Shown piece by piece: positions 9,117 through 19,343 of a DNA stretch of 64,000 bases. Under the pieces are notes generated by a model. That model was not told the DNA's origin and did no database searches. It was given only the letters and a program-made list of their open reading frames with translations. This DNA is from an uncultured Bacilli bacterium (GTDB lineage: Bacteria; Bacillota_I; Bacilli_A; RF39; UBA660): positions 132,009-196,008 of the forward strand of contig CAKPNA010000001.1 in the NCBI GenBank assembly GCA_934168275.1. The letters run 5' to 3'. Position 1 is the stretch's first letter, and each line of letters starts with the position of its first letter. Both the position numbers and the translations under genes were made by a program.

Positions 9117-9551
9117 TTATCCTTCAATTTGAATATATTTCTTTTCAGGTAACTCTTTCTTTTCTTCTTTCTTAGGAATAACTAATTTCAAAGTACCATT
9201 CTTATATGTTGCCTTAATTTCTTCATCAGTAATATTATTACCTACATAGAAACTTCTAGAACATTCACCATAGTATCTTTCTTTTCTAACAAACTTACCT
9301 TCCTCTTTATCTTCTTTTTCAGTATTAGTTTTAGCATGTATATTTAAATATCCATCCTCAACACTAATCTTTATATCATTTTTATCATAACCAGGTAAAT
9401 CAACCGCTAATAAATATTCATTATTCTTCTCTTTAATATCAGTTTTCATTACCTTACTTCCTTCTTCAGAAAAGAATGGGTCAATTCTAAACATATCCTC
9501 TAATAAATCAAATTCATTTCTTCTTCTTGGTATCATCATCATATTAATCAT
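9117..9551 (-). CDS. Hsp20/alpha-crystallin family small heat shock protein
   Basis: 144 aa with an alpha-crystallin domain pattern (..AVDLPGYDKNDIKISVEDGYLNI..GTLKLVIPK). Confidence 0.8.
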   Translation of the reverse strand: MINMMMIPRRRNEFDLLEDMFRIDPFFSEEGSKVMKTDIKEKNNEYLLAVDLPGYDKNDIKISVEDGYLNIHAKTNTEKEDKEEGKFVRKERYYGECSRSFYVGNNITDEEIKATYKNGTLKLVIPKKEEKKELPEKKYIQIEG

Positions 9552-9710
9552 CTTCCTTTCATTTTATGTGTTGACACCACATGTAAGAGACTTTTCTATC
9601 TCATTACAGTTATAATTATATCACTTATTTTAGCAATGTCAATAGTTAATTGCTAATTTATTTAAAATATTTTAAAATCGCGAGCAGAATTATCTACTCA
9701 CGCTTAAATG

Positions 9711-10499
9711 CTAGTCTATATTAATACCCTTCTCTAACTGCCATTTACCTATAAAATAATAAATAATATTATATATAATATACATAACTATACCACCAAC
9801 TAATATATTTTTAATACCCTTAATACTAACTATATTAGTAGTTATAATATTCATAATATCTTTATTAAATAAACCTATAATATATATTAACCCTATAGTT
9901 ATTAATTGAGTAAATATATACATACCAAATGCCCATATAATAGATTTAACTATTTTATTATTATTAGAACTATGTCCTATAATAATACCAGTATATCCTA
10001 CTAGAAGAATAAATGTTAACTCTAAGAAGAATATCATACCAATAGTTAATATTAATTTTATAACACTAGTATTATAACTATTAGCAGTCATTTCTAATAC
10101 TTTCTTTAATATATCTATATTTTCTTTAGAATAATAACATATAAATAAACAAGTAATAATTACTATTGTTGTTGTTAACATTACTATAATAGAAGACGAT
10201 ACTTTAGATAAATAAATATCTCTTTTAGATACCGGTAAAGTATTAGTTAAATATCCTTCATCTTTATATATATTTCTAACAAATCTTACCCAAGAACGCA
10301 TTAAAGTATTAATAATTGAACTAACTAACATACTAATAGCTATTCCACTACTAATCTTAGATAAAATACTCCATAATAAAGAATCCCCTATACTAAGAAA
10401 CATTCTTGAAAATAAAGAAAATATAAATGCTAAAATATAAAAAACAATAACTAATTTATATATCCATTTTAAATCATATTTTAATAACTTTCCTAACAT
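9711..10499 (-). CDS. ABC-2 type transporter permease
   Basis: 262 aa polytopic membrane protein overlapping the upstream ATPase gene by 7 nt. Confidence 0.6.
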   Translation of the reverse strand: MLGKLLKYDLKWIYKLVIVFYILAFIFSLFSRMFLSIGDSLLWSILSKISSGIAISMLVSSIINTLMRSWVRFVRNIYKDEGYLTNTLPVSKRDIYLSKVSSSIIVMLTTTIVIITCLFICYYSKENIDILKKVLEMTANSYNTSVIKLILTIGMIFFLELTFILLVGYTGIIIGHSSNNNKIVKSIIWAFGMYIFTQLITIGLIYIIGLFNKDIMNIITTNIVSIKGIKNILVGGIVMYIIYNIIYYFIGKWQLEKGINID

Positions 10500-11188
10500 T
10501 TAAAAGACCTCCTAAAAATCTCATCTATACTAGCTTTCTCTTTCTTACGAATAGTATCAGCATCCCCTGTTAAAATAATTTTACCTTTATCTATAAATAT
10601 TACTTCATCTAATATTCTTTCTATATCTGCTATTAAATGTGTAGAAATAATAACACTAGCACCATCTTTAAAATTAGAAAGTATTGTATCTAAAATATAA
10701 TCTCTTGTTGCGGGATCTACTCCTCCTAAAGGCTCATCTAAAATATATAAATCTGCTTCTCTAGACATAACTAATATTAATTCTACCTTCTCCTGCATAC
10801 CTTTAGACATCTTAGCTAAATGTAAATTCTTATCTAATTCTAAATCATCAAGTAATTTCAAAGCCTTCTCTTCATTAAAATTATCATAGAACTCTTTAAA
10901 ATATTTAATAATATCACTAACTTTCATACTCTTATCAAAATAAGTTCTCTCCGGTAAATAAGATATTATCTTCTTACTTTCTATCGAAGGTTTCTTCCCA
11001 TTAATTAATACTTCTCCGCTAGTAGGAGTCAATAAATCATTTATAAGTTTAATAAGCGTTGTCTTACCTTGCCCATTCTTACCTAATAAACCAACTATCT
11101 TTCCACGTTCTATCTTAATATTAACATTATCAAGTATTACTCTATTATCAAAACTCTTACATAAATCTCTACACTCTAATAATTCCAT
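10493..11188 (-). CDS. ABC transporter ATP-binding protein
   Basis: Walker A GKNGQGKTT, signature MSKGMQEKV, Walker B LYILDEP. Confidence 0.85.
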   Translation of the reverse strand: MELLECRDLCKSFDNRVILDNVNIKIERGKIVGLLGKNGQGKTTLIKLINDLLTPTSGEVLINGKKPSIESKKIISYLPERTYFDKSMKVSDIIKYFKEFYDNFNEEKALKLLDDLELDKNLHLAKMSKGMQEKVELILVMSREADLYILDEPLGGVDPATRDYILDTILSNFKDGASVIISTHLIADIERILDEVIFIDKGKIILTGDADTIRKKEKASIDEIFRRSFKC

Positions 11189-11189
11189 T

Positions 11190-11546
11190 CTATCTCTCCT
11201 TCTCTAAATATTTAATTATCTCTTCTGAACTTATTCCTATATTATTCATATCTATCATAAAATCATTAACTAATTCTAAAGCTAAATTATCTTTAACTTT
11301 CTTAATTAATTCTGTATCTTCTGTTATATATTTACCATTAGTTCTCTCCGTATATATTAACCCATCTTTTTCTAACTCCATTAAAGCCTTTTGCATTGTA
11401 TTAGGATTTACTTTAAAACTATTAGCATACTCTCTAACTGAAGATATTCTCTCCCCACTCTTTAATCTACCCGACACTATTTCTCTTTCAATAAGTTTAA
11501 TTAATTGTATATAAATAGGTCTTTCATTATCAAAATTATATTCCAT
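11190..11546 (-). CDS. GntR family (YtrA subfamily) transcriptional regulator
   Basis: 118 aa with a GntR winged helix (..SVREYANSFKVNPNTMQKALMELEKDGLI..). It is the first gene of a GntR-ABC ATPase-permease operon. Confidence 0.75.
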   Translation of the reverse strand: MEYNFDNERPIYIQLIKLIEREIVSGRLKSGERISSVREYANSFKVNPNTMQKALMELEKDGLIYTERTNGKYITEDTELIKKVKDNLALELVNDFMIDMNNIGISSEEIIKYLEKER

Positions 11547-11605
11547 TGCATCACCACTGTATTACTTATCTAATACAATAATACTATTATTTAAAAATAA
11601 AGTCA

Positions 11606-11638
11606 ACAAAAAAAGACTACTTCATCTTGAAATAGTCT
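11606..11638 (-). terminator. intrinsic terminator downstream of serS
   Basis: On the minus strand, AGACUA-loop-UAGUCU followed by a 7-8 U tract. Confidence 0.5.
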
Positions 11639-11644
11639 AAATAT

Positions 11645-12934
11645 TTATTTTTTAGGTATTAATTTATCTTTACCACCCATATAAGGTCTTAAAACTTCTG
11701 GAATAACTACACTACCATCTTCTTGTAAATTATTCTCTAAAAAAGCTATTAACATTCTAGGAGGTGCTATAACAGTATTATTTAAAGTATGAGCAAACTC
11801 TTTATCCCCATTTTCTTTTTTATATCTAATACCAAGTCTTCTTGCTTGAGCATCAGTTAAATTAGAACAAGAACATACTTCAAAATATTTCTTTTGTCTA
11901 GGACTCCAAGCTTCAATATCACAAGAACGATATTTTAAATCAGCTAAATCTCCTGAACAACAAACTAACTTACGAACAGGTATATCTAAACTTCTAAATA
12001 ATTCTACTGAATAATTCCACATCTTATTATACCATTCTTCACTATCTTCCGGTTTACATATAACAACCATCTCTTGTTTTTCAAATTGGTGAATACGATA
12101 TACTCCTCTTTCTTCTATACCATGAGCACCAACTTCTTTTCTAAAACAAGGTGAATAAGACGTCATTGTAATAGGTAATTCACTCTCTTTTAATATTTGA
12201 TCCTTAAACTTAGCAATCATGGAATGTTCACTAGTACCTATCAAATATAAATCTTCCCCTTCTATTTTATACATCATATTTTCTTTTTCTTCAAAAGACA
12301 TAACACCATTAACAGCATCTCCATGAATCATAAAAGGTGGAATACAATAAGTAAATCCTTTATCTATCATAAAATCTCTCGCATAAGCAAGTACTGCTGA
12401 ATGAAGTCTTGCAATATCTCCCATTAAATAGTAAAAACCATTACCACTAACTCTTCCTGCTGCCTCTTTATCTAATCCATTAAAACTAGCCATAATATCT
12501 GAATGATATGGTATCTCATAATTAGGTACTACCGGCTCTCCAAATCTAGCTTCTTCAACATTCTTACTATCGTCTTCCCCAATAGGAACATCATCAGCAA
12601 TCATATTAGGAATAGTCATCATTTTCTCTTTAAGTAAACTAGATAATTCTTCTTCATCTTTCTCTATATTAACTAATTCATTATTAATATCTTTAACTCT
12701 ATCTTTCTTTAGATTAGCTTCTTCTATCTTTTTATCTCGCATAAGTGCACCAATAGTATTACTAATTTCATTTCTCTCTTGTCTTAAATTATCACCATTA
12801 GTCTTTAACTCACGAATTCTTTGATCTAAACTAATAACTTCATCTACAAGTGGTAATTTCTTATCCTGAAACTTTTTCTTAATGTTTTCTTTTACTTTAT
12901 CAGGATTCTCTCTTACAAACTTAATATCTAACAT
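11645..12934 (-). CDS. serS: seryl-tRNA synthetase
   Basis: 429 aa with an N-terminal coiled-coil arm and class II aaRS motifs (..FRKEVGAHG..RIHQFEKQE..GRVSGNGFY). Confidence 0.92.
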   Translation of the reverse strand: MLDIKFVRENPDKVKENIKKKFQDKKLPLVDEVISLDQRIRELKTNGDNLRQERNEISNTIGALMRDKKIEEANLKKDRVKDINNELVNIEKDEEELSSLLKEKMMTIPNMIADDVPIGEDDSKNVEEARFGEPVVPNYEIPYHSDIMASFNGLDKEAAGRVSGNGFYYLMGDIARLHSAVLAYARDFMIDKGFTYCIPPFMIHGDAVNGVMSFEEKENMMYKIEGEDLYLIGTSEHSMIAKFKDQILKESELPITMTSYSPCFRKEVGAHGIEERGVYRIHQFEKQEMVVICKPEDSEEWYNKMWNYSVELFRSLDIPVRKLVCCSGDLADLKYRSCDIEAWSPRQKKYFEVCSCSNLTDAQARRLGIRYKKENGDKEFAHTLNNTVIAPPRMLIAFLENNLQEDGSVVIPEVLRPYMGGKDKLIPKK

Positions 12935-12999
12935 TTCTATCTTCCTTTCATATGAACTAATTATATAATAACATTAATAAAAATGCAACAAAACAATTC

Positions 13000-13260
13000 T
13001 TATTTTAACTTACTTCTTAAATAGTCTTCAAAAGTTTTAATACCATATATAGAATTATAATAATTAGGAAACTCATTTAAATGAGCAAGTGCTATCTTAG
13101 CAGTAATAACTAAATCATCATTACTAACATTAGTCTCAGGATTAACTAACCCATGCTCTAATTCTATATTCATACCATTTAATAAATCTAATGGCGTAAA
13201 CTTATCAAACTTAATACTAAGTATCTTAGATACTCTTTTAACATCATCAATATTAAACAT
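13000..13260 (-). CDS. hypothetical small protein
   Basis: 86 aa ORF with no recognised motif. Confidence 0.4.
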   Translation of the reverse strand: MFNIDDVKRVSKILSIKFDKFTPLDLLNGMNIELEHGLVNPETNVSNDDLVITAKIALAHLNEFPNYYNSIYGIKTFEDYLRSKLK

Positions 13261-13316
13261 ATAATCACCTAAAATAATTTATGAATACTATTAAATAATG
13301 TTAAAAAAAAGAAACA

Positions 13317-13499
13317 TTAAGCTGTTTCCTTTGACATTTTATTAACTCCCTTATAAAAACCACATTTATCACATACTCTATGAGGTCTAATCATTTCACC
13401 ACAGTTTGGGCATTTAACTAAACCATTGGCTCTTAATTTATAATGAGTTCTTCTCATATCTCTTCTTGTCTTACTAACTTTTCTAAATGGAACTGCCAT
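13317..13499 (-). CDS. rpmF: 50S ribosomal protein L32
   Basis: [38 protein letters not shown]. Confidence 0.9.
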   Translation of the reverse strand: MAVPFRKVSKTRRDMRRTHYKLRANGLVKCPNCGEMIRPHRVCDKCGFYKGVNKMSKETA

Positions 13500-13501
13500 G
13501 T

Positions 13502-13978
13502 TTATCTATCCTCACTTTCTTCAATCATTTGCTTTAATTCTGTAAAAGGATTATTACTAGATTGTTCTTTCAAAAAATCATCTTCTGTAATAACTCTCCA
13601 TCCATCACCTTTTATCGTTACATTTTCATTTTTTGGAGAATGCACCTTTGAAGGAATTTCCACTAATATATTTTGCCACAAAATATCAGTAATATCAAGT
13701 GAATTTGTGAAATTTTCTAATTTTTCTTCAATTTTAATATTAAAAGAATAAGAAACATCCTCTAAAGTAGTATCATCAGGTAATATCATAACACCTGTTA
13801 TTACTCCATCTAATTCTAATCTATCATCAACTAACTTAACAATAGTACCATCAAATTTAACAGATTCTAACTTTCTTATATTACAATTATCTAAATACTC
13901 TATTGGTATATTTACATCATCTTTAATTACTAATTCATCTTCCATATTAAGAAGTAATTTACTAACATCAATAATCAT
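13502..13978 (-). CDS. yceD: YceD/DUF177 family protein
   Basis: 158 aa acidic protein immediately upstream of rpmF, which is the conserved yceD-rpmF arrangement. Confidence 0.65.
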   Translation of the reverse strand: MIIDVSKLLLNMEDELVIKDDVNIPIEYLDNCNIRKLESVKFDGTIVKLVDDRLELDGVITGVMILPDDTTLEDVSYSFNIKIEEKLENFTNSLDITDILWQNILVEIPSKVHSPKNENVTIKGDGWRVITEDDFLKEQSSNNPFTELKQMIEESEDR

Positions 13979-14033
13979 ATTTCACCTGCCAATTAATTAT
14001 ACAATAAATACTATAAAATAGCAATAGTAGTAG

Positions 14034-14058
14034 TTTAGAATCTATCAAAAGTTATTTT
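14034..14058. repeat. 25 bp direct repeat (left copy) flanking the AAA+/vWA insertion
   Basis: tttagaatctatcaaaagttatttt is identical to 17270-17294. This copy supplies the stop codon of the vWA gene, read in a different frame from the rbgA copy. Confidence 0.9.
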
Positions 14059-15334
14059 CAACGTTTTGCCTTTTTACTAAACTTAATTTTTTTGCACCTT
14101 CTCTAGCCAATATATCATCTTCTTCAACAAATATATATCTTATACTTTTTTCATCAAAATCTTTAAAGAAATAGCGACGATTATAATCATCCAAAAAGCA
14201 TGGCTTTTCATGGCCGATAATAACCCACAATATATCTAATCTATTAGTTGGAAATGTTGAAAAGCCATCAGTTATAACTATTTTATTGTCAGAATCACTA
14301 GAAAAACTATCTGCCATAACATGAAAATTTGTTCCACCACGACCAACAATTTGTAAACTATCTATGTCATTATTAGTTCTTATATCATGCCATCCATAAA
14401 ACTTAGTATCACAAAATCCAACTTTAATATTACTATACAATAAAATATTTTTACATTCTCTTAATATAACTCTGATTTTAGCCATATCCATAGAACCACT
14501 ACTATCGATAATAATTTCACTATCAGAATCTATTTCTTCATTTTTCGTTTCTTTTTTAATTATTCCATCCATCTGAACTTCATAAAAACAAGTTGAACTA
14601 TCATCAGGGACTTTTAAGTTGGATTCTAATATATTCTGCCATCTTAGTAATGGCTTAGCCGTTCCAACAGCAACAGCAGGGAATTCTATTCCGAGAGCAT
14701 GTTCTCCACATTTTAATGGCTTTGATTTCTCCGATTCAAACTGTAATTTCATTTTATAACTATCAAATAATTCTTTTCGCATTTTTTCATTATTTGACAT
14801 TAAATCTTGCAAATCTTTAGCATCTGCATCTTTCATCATCTGTCCTGTCATTTCACTAACTTGACTTAAATCAATATGAAAAGTATTTCGACCCATCCAT
14901 TCCTTAATTTGATTAATTTGTGGCAACATTTTCATATATAATTCATCAACTGAATAATTTAGCGCATCCTCTACATATACTAATCCCTTAGGCATTTTTA
15001 AACCATCTCTAATCAACAATTGATTTATAATTGCATCCTCCACATAATTTAATAAATCTTGATCTCTACCAATATTTCTAAACAAATGACTTAAAACTAT
15101 ATGAAAAATTTCATGTACTATAATAAAAACTTTTTCTTCATCATCAAAATCAGTTAAAAACTCGTCTTTATAATAAATAGATTTCCCATCAGTAAAAGCT
15201 GGAGCGGGAACATTCTTTGATGTATGTTTTATTTCAAGATTAACAATTATATTTCCAAATAAAGGATATCTAAAAAGAACTTCATTAATTATATTATTTA
15301 TGTTCATTTGGCACCAACTTTTTTGCATAAGCAA
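14045..15334 (-). CDS. vWA domain protein with N-terminal HExxH metallopeptidase-like domain (DUF2201-like)
   Basis: HExxH at IIVHEIFHIVLSH; MIDAS-type DxSxS at IIIDSSGSMD. It overlaps the AAA+ gene by 41 nt. Confidence 0.65.
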   Translation of the reverse strand: MLMQKSWCQMNINNIINEVLFRYPLFGNIIVNLEIKHTSKNVPAPAFTDGKSIYYKDEFLTDFDDEEKVFIIVHEIFHIVLSHLFRNIGRDQDLLNYVEDAIINQLLIRDGLKMPKGLVYVEDALNYSVDELYMKMLPQINQIKEWMGRNTFHIDLSQVSEMTGQMMKDADAKDLQDLMSNNEKMRKELFDSYKMKLQFESEKSKPLKCGEHALGIEFPAVAVGTAKPLLRWQNILESNLKVPDDSSTCFYEVQMDGIIKKETKNEEIDSDSEIIIDSSGSMDMAKIRVILRECKNILLYSNIKVGFCDTKFYGWHDIRTNNDIDSLQIVGRGGTNFHVMADSFSSDSDNKIVITDGFSTFPTNRLDILWVIIGHEKPCFLDDYNRRYFFKDFDEKSIRYIFVEEDDILAREGAKKLSLVKRQNVENNF

Positions 15335-17129
15335 ATTGTTGCTTTTTATATAATTCCATCATTTTTTGTTCATCGCCTTTAGACCATTCATAATCAAACA
15401 TTGCTAAAAATTCATTCCCTAATTGAGATATAAATTCTCTTACTTTATCAAAGTTTTCATCATCTACACTTGATAAGCATAAAGTCGTATACCATCTTAT
15501 TGATGGATCAAATGGAACTGATGAAGGTGCACATCTATCGTTTATTACATCATCAATCGTAGCTAATTGCAATTTAGAAAATTTTATAAAGTCTTTGGTA
15601 ATCTCATCACCAACAAAAGCACGAAGAACATTTGGATTATTACACTCATATAAAGCTTTAGATGCTAGTGCCCACTTTCTAGGATCAGCATTAGGAGTAA
15701 TTCCATTATATGGTGTCCTTAATACTTTATTACCATTAACTTTAATATAGTCAACAATAGCAGGATGTATTTTTTCATGTTCTACAAGTGGTATGTATTC
15801 TAATTTTCTTTCTTCTTTTTTCCTTCTTAAAGCCCAATCCAACCATTCATCTGAATCAGTATCAATATAAACATGAGCAAATCTTCCAAATAATGGTTCA
15901 CTTAAACCATTAGCAGATCGTGATTCACTCACCTCATTACCCGCAGCACAAACAACAGCATTTTTGGGTAATTCTAATCTAAAACCACTGTTTGTAAGAG
16001 TTTTGTTAAGTGTTACCTCAAAAGCAACTTTTTGCACATCACTTTTAGCATTCGTTAACTCCTCTAAAAACAATATATGTAATAATTCAGGAGCCTCTTC
16101 ACATTTTTTGCATAAACTTTTATACCAATATGGCTCATATAAGAATAACTCTTTTGAATTAAAATCTTTGGCAATAATACCTGTAAATCCATCTGAACTA
16201 GTACAGCCAAAATCAATTAGTTCTAATTTTTTATCTAAAGCAAGCATTCTTTCAGTTTTACCAGTACCAGTTTTACCATGTAAAAATACTGCAATATTAC
16301 TTTTAATACAAATCTCTATAATATCTTCTTCGGTTAATGTAGAAAAATCAAAATTATATCTATTACTACTTGAAACCTCTTTTTCTTCATAAACCTGAAC
16401 TAATGATTTATGTTCTAATTCATCATTAATACTTGTTAAAAAATCAGTATTTAAATATTCATAAATAATTGTATCCTCAAAAAAATCCTTTTTATGTTGA
16501 CCAATTTTCTTAGAAAAGATAACAGCAACTGAATATATAACTCCTAATTTTTCATCATAAACAAATGGTATTTTATCAACTTTCATGTATATGATAGTAT
16601 CTTTTGCTGAATAGGTACCATCACTCAATAATTTTTTTGAGCCTTGATACGGAATTTTAATAAATCTTATTCCTAATACTTCATACTCCTCGTATAGTCT
16701 ACCATCTACATTATGTTGTCTACCTGTTTTATACAATAATTTACTTTTACTTTCAAACATTTTATCAATGGTTTTTCCAACTCCACCATTAATAGAATAT
16801 AAAGGATATTCAAAATCGATATCATCAATTTTAGATGCATCAAAACCATCAATATCATTAACATCAATAACAATTCTAACTCCTTTTTTATCATCATTAA
16901 TACTTGCAATATTTAATATTCCACTGCCACTTACATATTTTCTAGTTCTTACATTTGGTTGATTTTGTGAAGGCATCCCATCTACCCAATAATCACCAAA
17001 ACCAACTGTTTCGTCATACTTGCCGTCAGTAATTCGTGCTAAATCTGAATAATAACACCTTAAATCATTGCTTTCTGATAATTTTCTAATTTGTTCCTCT
17101 GTAAAAATGCCAATTTTTCTAACCTTCAT
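15294..17129 (-). CDS. AAA+ ATPase (MoxR/McrB-like) with about 280 aa N-terminal domain of unknown function
   Basis: Walker A FLHGKTGTGKT, Walker B ILFLEEL, sensor-1 CAAGN, Arg finger region PLFGRF. The likely start is MKVRKIG at 17129, preceded by a GGAGGAAG Shine-Dalgarno; the 6-frame ORF extends to 17186. Confidence 0.65.
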   Translation of the reverse strand: MKVRKIGIFTEEQIRKLSESNDLRCYYSDLARITDGKYDETVGFGDYWVDGMPSQNQPNVRTRKYVSGSGILNIASINDDKKGVRIVIDVNDIDGFDASKIDDIDFEYPLYSINGGVGKTIDKMFESKSKLLYKTGRQHNVDGRLYEEYEVLGIRFIKIPYQGSKKLLSDGTYSAKDTIIYMKVDKIPFVYDEKLGVIYSVAVIFSKKIGQHKKDFFEDTIIYEYLNTDFLTSINDELEHKSLVQVYEEKEVSSSNRYNFDFSTLTEEDIIEICIKSNIAVFLHGKTGTGKTERMLALDKKLELIDFGCTSSDGFTGIIAKDFNSKELFLYEPYWYKSLCKKCEEAPELLHILFLEELTNAKSDVQKVAFEVTLNKTLTNSGFRLELPKNAVVCAAGNEVSESRSANGLSEPLFGRFAHVYIDTDSDEWLDWALRRKKEERKLEYIPLVEHEKIHPAIVDYIKVNGNKVLRTPYNGITPNADPRKWALASKALYECNNPNVLRAFVGDEITKDFIKFSKLQLATIDDVINDRCAPSSVPFDPSIRWYTTLCLSSVDDENFDKVREFISQLGNEFLAMFDYEWSKGDEQKMMELYKKQQFAYAKKLVPNEHK

Positions 17130-17157
17130 AAATCTTCTTCCTCCATAACGTCTAAAT

Positions 17158-17186
17158 ATGATAACATAAATTTTTAATATTTGCAA
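17158..17186 (-). promoter_or_regulatory. sigma-A-like promoter (TTGCAA-17-TATCAT) inside the inserted cassette
   Basis: Minus strand reads ttgcaaatattaaaaatttatgttatcat, about 30 nt upstream of the AAA+ gene's Shine-Dalgarno. Confidence 0.4.
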
Positions 17187-17269
17187 TTATCATCTATAGA
17201 CATTTTATCAAATAAAAAACTAATTCTTGCCTCTTCACACTATATAGCAAAAATTAGTCTAATAATTAA

Positions 17270-17294
17270 TTTAGAATCTATCAAAAGTTATTTT
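17270..17294. repeat. 25 bp direct repeat (right copy, at the 3' end of rbgA)
   Basis: Identical to 14034-14058. Confidence 0.9.
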
Positions 17295-18131
17295 ACCCAA
17301 ATACCCATCTCTTAAATCTCTAAGTACTTTAATATAAACCCTATCATAATCAACTTCACCATTTTTAACTGCTCCTATCTTCTTACCAATACCATCTAAT
17401 ATATTAACAATATCTTCATCATCATTAACTCCATATCTACTAATAATATTATCAGGATATAACTTAAACATAGTCTTAATTATGTATATAGAAATATCTT
17501 CTACATCTAATATTTCTTCTTTAATAGCTGTCATAGAAGCTAAATTATAAGCAATAGTTGAATCATTAAACTTTGGCCATAATATTCCTGGAGTATCTAA
17601 TAATTCTAACTTATCATTAATTCTTATCCATTCTAAATTCTTTGTAATACCCGGTTTATTTCCAACATTTACTGCCTTCTTACCAACTAATCTATTAATT
17701 AAAGTAGATTTTCCAACATTAGGAATACCTAATACTAAACTTCTAACCCTTCTAGGTTTTAAACCTTTATTAATTCTCTTACTATTAATAGATTCCATAA
17801 GTTCATTAGCAATACTAAATATTTCATTAACATTATCATGTAGTAAGTCTAATAAAACTACTTTATAACCTTTATTCTCATAATACTTCTTCCACTCTAA
17901 AGTAATATTCTTATCACATAAATCACTTTTTGTCATAATAAGTATTCTAGGTTTATTCTTAATAATATCTTCTATATCGTTATTCTTAGAAGACTTTGGT
18001 ATTCTAGCATCTATTACCTCAAATACAATGTCTATTAAATCTATTTTTTCTTTTATTTCTCTTTTGGCTTTGGCCATGTGACCAGGGAACCAGTTGATGT
18101 TTGTTTTATTTTCGTTATTCATTATTTCCAC
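17271..18131 (-). CDS. rbgA: ribosome biogenesis GTPase A (YlqF/RbgA)
   Basis: INWFPGHMAKA N-terminus and circularly permuted GTPase motifs (..TKSDL.., GIPNVGKST). Confidence 0.88.
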   Translation of the reverse strand: MEIMNNENKTNINWFPGHMAKAKREIKEKIDLIDIVFEVIDARIPKSSKNNDIEDIIKNKPRILIMTKSDLCDKNITLEWKKYYENKGYKVVLLDLLHDNVNEIFSIANELMESINSKRINKGLKPRRVRSLVLGIPNVGKSTLINRLVGKKAVNVGNKPGITKNLEWIRINDKLELLDTPGILWPKFNDSTIAYNLASMTAIKEEILDVEDISIYIIKTMFKLYPDNIISRYGVNDDEDIVNILDGIGKKIGAVKNGEVDYDRVYIKVLRDLRDGYLGKITFDRF

Positions 18132-18143
18132 CTTCCTCTTTTA

Positions 18144-19172
18144 TTAAAATTTATTTGTTTCTTCTATCAGCAAATCAAAATCTGACTTATATAATTTATC
18201 TTGTTTAATTCTATACTTTTCAAATTCTGTTAATGCCTTATCACAAGCTATTTCATGTGATATTTTTCCGGCGTCTTTTAATATATCTAAATCATCAGCA
18301 AGCAAAAACTTATCTATTCTTGTAGACCAATCTTCCATAGTCATTGGAATATGTCTTTTTGCTCTATTTTCTGCTAAGTCTAAAAAGGCAGATACTATTA
18401 GTTCTAAACTTTCCAGTTCTTCTTTAGATAAATAATTTTTAGCTATTACAACATCTGTTTCTAATACTTTTCCATTTGGTGAATTTTTCCAAGAAGTAAG
18501 ACCCATATGTTCCTTTTCTGAATTTGCTCTATTATATATAATTTCAGCAGCCGTTTGATGAGAAACTGCATAATGCATTTTATTTTGAACCTTTTTAAAA
18601 AAATTAATTGTTGTAGGAGACTTTTTATCATAGTCTACACTAGTGGCATAAATATCGGTAACTTTCTGATAAAATCTTCTTTCAGATAATCTGATTTCTC
18701 TTATCTCTGCAAGCAAAGACTCATAATAATCTTCATCAAAGAATGCTCCATTTGCCATCCTCTTCTTATCTATTATATAACCTTTTTTTGAAAATTCTTT
18801 TAATATATAAGTTGCCCATCTTCTAAATTGTATAGCTCTGTCTGAGTTTGTCCTATAACCTACTGAAATAACCATATCTAAATTATAATATAATATATTT
18901 CTAGTAATCTCCCTATTACCTTCTTTTTGAACTAGTAAGAATTTCTTACTAGTTGAATTTTGCTCTAATTCATAACTATTATATATATCATTAATATGCA
19001 TAGTAATATTATTTCTAGTTGTATTAAAAAGCTCCCCAATAGCTTTCTGTGTTAACCATAAATCACCATCTTCAAATCTAACCTGAATTCCTTTATTATG
19101 TGTTTGTCTTTCAAATATTAAGAATTCTGCACTGCTACTTCTTATAATTAAATCTTTAGACATTTTTGTCAT
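18144..19172 (-). CDS. RhuM family virulence-associated protein
   Basis: The N-terminus ..FLIFERQTHNKGIQVRFEDGDLWLTQKAIGELFNTTRNNITMHI matches the conserved RhuM/Fic-associated N-terminal region. Confidence 0.65.
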   Translation of the reverse strand: MTKMSKDLIIRSSSAEFLIFERQTHNKGIQVRFEDGDLWLTQKAIGELFNTTRNNITMHINDIYNSYELEQNSTSKKFLLVQKEGNREITRNILYYNLDMVISVGYRTNSDRAIQFRRWATYILKEFSKKGYIIDKKRMANGAFFDEDYYESLLAEIREIRLSERRFYQKVTDIYATSVDYDKKSPTTINFFKKVQNKMHYAVSHQTAAEIIYNRANSEKEHMGLTSWKNSPNGKVLETDVVIAKNYLSKEELESLELIVSAFLDLAENRAKRHIPMTMEDWSTRIDKFLLADDLDILKDAGKISHEIACDKALTEFEKYRIKQDKLYKSDFDLLIEETNKF

Positions 19173-19343
19173 CTCCTTTATTTAAAATCTTAGTTTTCCA
19201 TCAAACAAAGTTACCCTTGCTTTTAATATTTTTTCAAAATTATTTGGTTTATCTCCCAAAACTTGTCTGTTATATAAATAGCTTTTAATCTAAAATGTTA
19301 ATGTGTCATAACTCCAACCGTTTTTAACTGTTTGATTCATATA

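Larger units (their letters stand above)
14059..17269. mobile_element. approximately 3.2 kb inserted cassette carrying an AAA+ ATPase and a vWA/metallopeptidase-like gene, bounded by 25 bp direct repeats
   Basis: The direct repeats exactly bracket the two genes and their promoter. The right repeat is the natural 3' end of rbgA (K I T F D R F stop). Confidence 0.5.

Noticed and set aside
9552-9710. CIRCE or CtsR heat-shock operator upstream of hsp20
   Set aside because: Only an imperfect palindrome (atgtgttgacaccacatgt) is present. Neither the CIRCE consensus nor GGTCAAA repeats are found.
12935-13316. T-box leader upstream of serS
   Set aside because: Only 65 nt separate serS from the upstream ORF. 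No AATTAGGGTGGTACCGCG-like T-box core is present.
17130-17186. Upstream extension of the AAA+ ATPase ORF (MQILKIYVIIFRRYGGRRF)
   Set aside because: It overlaps the GGAGGAAG ribosome-binding site of the MKVRKIG start and the predicted promoter, so it is probably not translated.
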